Assembly: GCA_024679065.1 (NCBI GenBank)
Contig: JAGIQG010000016.1
Location: 2,542,001 to 2,606,000 of the forward strand
Direction of reading: 5' to 3'
Length of the DNA stretch: 64,000 nucleotides
From: Sphyrna mokarran
Taxonomy: Eukaryota
The position numbers and the translations under genes are program-made. Positions 60,480-64,000 of this stretch are shown one piece after another (the first letter of the stretch is position 1; every line of letters begins with the position of its first letter). Below the pieces are notes generated by a model, which made no database searches, was not told the DNA's origin, and worked only from the letters and a program-made list of their open reading frames with translations.

Positions 60480-60821
60480 CTGTTACAGAGAGATAGATGT
60501 GACAACTCTTCTCCCAATGATATCCTGCACTCGTCCTCTTGTAGATCCGACACCGATACTCACCCTGGTCTGACTTTCTGATGTCAGAGAGCAGAACTGA
60601 CCAGTTTCCTTGTTCCAGTTGAGCTTCGAACAGCTTTGTTCTGTTTCTGAACCGTGGTTCTTGTCCTGTCAACTTGCCTCCATGGATAAACTCATGCATA
60701 ATTTCAAAGATCGATGTGCTCCAGATTACTAGTAAATCTGAGACTGGGACATTCCCTTTGTAGGTACAGGGCAGCACAACCTGCTCCCCAAGGAACCCAG
60801 AAACTGGCACAAGCAAATCAC
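60480..60821 (-). CDS. B7/butyrophilin-like IgV exon V1
   Basis: 342 nt, phase 1-1, CAG…GTGAGA. VVLPC, W, FRNRTKLF..QLEQGNWSVLL..DQGEYRC. Confidence 0.92.
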
Positions 60822-61015
60822 CTGGAAACATTTGAAAGTATTTATCCACAGATATATATGCTATGTTACATCCCAAGCCTGCTCTTCCCTCCAATACAAC
60901 CAGACTCTGCTCCCTCCTAGGATCCAAAGTCCACTCTCCAGTTCTGATGGCCTTACTCCCCATGCTCCTAAAACATTCCCAACTCAATTTGATACCAAGA
61001 CTATCTGAGAATTCT

Positions 61016-61236
61016 AAGTAAGAAGTCTCACAATACCAAGTTAAAGTCCAATGGGTTTATTTAGCAGCACAAGCTTTCGGAGTCTTGCTCCTTTATGAGG
61101 TGAGTGAGCTGCTCACCTGATGAAAGAGCAAGCTCCGAAAGCTAGTGCTGCCAAATAAACCCACTGGACTTTAACCTGGTGTTGTAAAACTTCTTACTGT
61201 GCTTACCCCAGTCCAATGCCGACAACTCCACAGCAT
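61016..61236. mobile_element. Penelope-derived inverted pLTR element
   Basis: Same arms; arm length about 85 bp. Confidence 0.85.
61114..61147 (+). ncRNA. Minimal type I hammerhead ribozyme motif (PLE-type)
   Basis: CAC-CUGAUGA-AA-GAGC-AA-GCUC-C-GAAA-GC-UA-GUG: intact core, stem II, palindromic AGCU in place of stem III, and CAC/GUG helix I. Confidence 0.6.
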
Positions 61237-61569
61237 GAGAATCCTGATCCCAGAGCTCAGGACCCCATCACAGACCCATTGAATCCCATCCTAATTCTAC
61301 TTCGATCCTGGTGTCACCCAGGCACCCATCCCAGTGTCACCGAGTGTTGTTCAGTGTCCAGATCCCACTGTTCACATCACAGGGATTAATGTGAAGACAT
61401 AACTGTCTTCATTTCAGTTCTCATTATCATTGTGTGTGATGTGCTGCTACTGTGTTCACTCCTTCAATGGTTCCACTTGCAATTCATACAGCACCTTAAA
61501 GCAAGATATATTCCTGATCCCCCCACCGTTTAATCAGTGCTGAAATGTTCCAGCAATCACAGCTCTTAC

Positions 61570-61633
61570 CTGAAACACCAGCAACAACACTCAGCAGCAG
61601 CAGCAGCAGAACTAGTTTGTGGAAGTTGTGTTC
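61570..61633 (-). CDS. B7-like gene, signal peptide exon (EHNFHKLVLLLLLLSVVAGVS)
   Basis: ttttcttgttgCAG acceptor and GTAAGA donor; 64 nt, phase 0-1. Poly-Leu h-region and small-residue cleavage site. Confidence 0.88.
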
Positions 61634-61800
61634 CTGCAACAAGAAAACTTAGTGACTCCATTTACAACAGATTCACTGCAGGGATGGGGGCTGTGGATGG
61701 GACTTCACAGCAGCTAATAGTCAGGGAATCAAATCCTGGTGAAGATGAAGTTTTCCCAAGATACCCCCTTTCTCCCCCAGCACTGAGACACTAACAGTAC

Positions 61801-61821
61801 CTGCAACTCCTTTCCATCCAT
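61801..61821 (-). CDS. B7-like gene, candidate start exon copy B (MDGKELQ)
   Basis: ctttatcCAG|gggcATGGATGGAAAGGAGTTGCAG|GTACTG: a 25-nt exon (61801-61825) with both splice sites; phase 0. Confidence 0.55.
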
Positions 61822-61844
61822 GCCCCTGGATAAAGAGTTAAATC

Positions 61845-62220
61845 ATGGAATCGCTACACTGCAGATGGAAGCCATTCAGCCCATCAAGTCTGCACCAATT
61901 CTCTGACAGGGCTCCAAGCTTCATTTCTTTAACCCCATGTATTTATCTTACTAGTCCCCTAAACCTACACATCTTGGGACACCAAGGGGCAATTTAGCAT
62001 GGCCAATCCACCTAACCCGCACATCTTTGGACACCAAGGGACAATTTATAATGGCCAATTAACCTAACCTGCACGTCTTTGGGATGTGGGAGGAAACCGG
62101 AGCACTCGGAGGAATACCATGCAGATGTGGGAAGAAAATGCAAATTCCATACAGTGACCTGAGCCCTGAATTTAACCTGGTTCCGCGGCGCTGTCAGCCA
62201 GTGTTTAACACCAAGCCACC
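61845..62220 (-). mobile_element. tRNA-derived SINE between the two MDGKELQ exons
   Basis: Reverse core with a duplicated aaggggcaattta unit. Confidence 0.8.
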
Positions 62221-62305
62221 ATTCTGCACTGATTGGGGATGAGGATGAAGGAGAGTTTCCCCCAGATACCGCCCCTTCCCCCCAGCTCTGAGACACTGAC
62301 AGTAC

Positions 62306-62326
62306 CTGCAGCTCCTTTCCATCCAT
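62306..62326 (-). CDS. B7-like gene, candidate start exon copy A (MDGKELQ)
   Basis: ATGGATGGAAAGGAGCTGCAG|GTACTG; phase 0, in frame with the leader exon. Confidence 0.45.
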
Positions 62327-62904
62327 TCCACTCACAGGGATCAGCTCGGAAACTCCACATTGAGACACACTGAACTTACAGCTCAGAAATAAATCTTGAA
62401 ATCAGGGATTGGAACTTCAGAAAAACACAAAATTCTTGCAGATTAAATACCTGGGGAGGTGGGGGCTGGGGGCAGCTCCATTCAGACAGAGAAATCATCC
62501 CTGGTCTCTCCTCCCTGTCCCTAGGTGTGACACTCGGATTGTTATTTCACTCCAATCTCTTCAGGGGAAAAGCAGCTTTTAACCTGGCTTTTCCCGACAG
62601 AGGCTGGCACATGATTACTCACTCCCCCTGTCTCAGTTCGGGACAACTTGTACACATTGACACTTGTAGACACATGGGAAAGGCTCCAAGTGAGGGCGGA
62701 TTCCGTAACTGGCCAATGGGTTGATTGTGTGTGAGAAACTGTGTCAGTGACCAGTTATTGTGTCTGTAGACTTTGCAAATACAAAATGATGAAATGTCCC
62801 TGTCGGCTGTAAGCTCAGAAACACAAAAATGCTCAAATCAAGATTAGCACAATGGCTAGCACAACTGCCTCACAGCGCCAGGGAGCCAGGTTCAAGATTG
62901 TTCA

Positions 62905-63685
62905 CACAGATAAACTCAGAATCTGGTTCCTGTATTAAAGGGGTTTGGACAGATAAATCCAGAGTCTGGTTCCTGTATTAAAGGAATTCAGACAGATAAA
63001 CTCAGAATCTGGTTCCTGTATTAAAGGGGTTTGGACAGATAAAGCCAGAGTCTGGCACCTGTATTAAAGGAGTTCAGGCAGATAAACCCAGAGTCTGCTT
63101 CCTGTATTAAAGGGGTTCAGACAGATAAACCGAGAGTCTGGCTCCTATGTTAAAGGGGTTCAGACAGATAAACCCAGAGTCTGGCTCCTGTATTAAAGGG
63201 GTTCAGACAGATAAACCCAGAGTCTGGCTCCTATGTTAAAGGGGTTCAGACAGATAAACCCAGAGTCTGGTTCCTGTATTAAAGGGGTTCAGACAGATAA
63301 ACCCAGAGTCTGGCTCCTGTATTAAAGGAGTTCAGACAGATAAAGCCAGAGTCTGGCTCCTGTACTAAATGGGTTGAGACAGATAAACCCAGAGTCTGGT
63401 TCCTGTGTTAAAGGGGTTCAGACAGATAAACCCAGAGTCTGGCTCCTGTATTAAAGGGGTTCAGACAGATAAACCCAGAGTCTGACTCCTGTATTAAAGG
63501 GGTTCAGACAGATAAACCCAGAGTCTGGCTCCTGTATTAAATGGGTTCAGACAGATAAACCCAGAGTCTGGCTCCTGTATTAAATGGGTTCAGACAGATA
63601 AACCCAGAGTCTGGCTCCTGTATTAAATGGGTTCAAACAGATAAACCCAGAGTCTGGCTCCTGTATTAAAGGGGTTCAGGCAGAT
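62905..63685 (+). repeat. 43-bp minisatellite (about 18 copies)
   Basis: gacagataaacccagagtctggctcctgtattaaaggggttca. Confidence 0.93.
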
Positions 63686-64000
63686 TTTGATCTGACTTGA
63701 TTTGATTTATTATTGTCACATATACTAACGTACAGTGAAAAGTATTGTTTCTGGTGCACTATACACATGAAGCATACTGTTCATAGCAAAGGAAAGGAGA
63801 GGGTGCAGAATATAGTGTTACAGTTATAGCTAGGGTGTAGTGAAAGATCAACTTAATGCAAGATAGATCCACTCAAAGGTCTGATGGAAGCAGGTAAGAT
63901 GCTGTTTTTGAGTCAGTTGGTACATGACCTCAGACTTTTGTATCTTTTTTCCAATGGAAGAAGGTGGAAGAGAGAATGTCAGGAGTGTGTTGGGTCTTTA
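63686..64000 (-). mobile_element. Rex1/Babar-type LINE 3' fragment, runs off the window
   Basis: Same family as 7955. Confidence 0.8.

Noticed and set aside
52303-60821. Rearranging Ig/TCR/NAR V segments
   Set aside because: Each exon encodes a complete V domain including the G strand and ends at a splice donor; no RSS or J segments seen.

Overview
Vertebrate genomic DNA, very probably a shark or other cartilaginous fish (inferred from the SINE/LINE/Penelope repertoire). It is intron-rich and repeat-dominated, with two N gaps. Almost all long ORFs in the supplied track are tandem-repeat artefacts. Assembling exons by hand from splice sites and phases gives three genes. (1) The last eight coding exons of a SPACA6 sperm-egg fusion factor orthologue (+, 403-15305; 5' exons lie upstream of the window). 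(2) A complete BTG3/BTG4-family gene (+, CDS 37835-43634, 242 aa) with a dense immediate-early-type promoter at about 34280-34500. (3) A B7/butyrophilin-like type I membrane gene (-, about 62326-47224) with three tandem IgV exons, no IgC exon, a duplicated start exon and a duplicated terminal exon. The rest is CR1, L2, Rex1, RTE and Penelope fragments, tRNA-derived and Deu-domain SINEs, Harbinger-like MITEs and minisatellites, many of which visibly arose inside retroelements. The Penelope-derived palindromes carry minimal hammerhead-ribozyme motifs. Exon coordinates were counted from splice sites; repeat boundaries are approximate.
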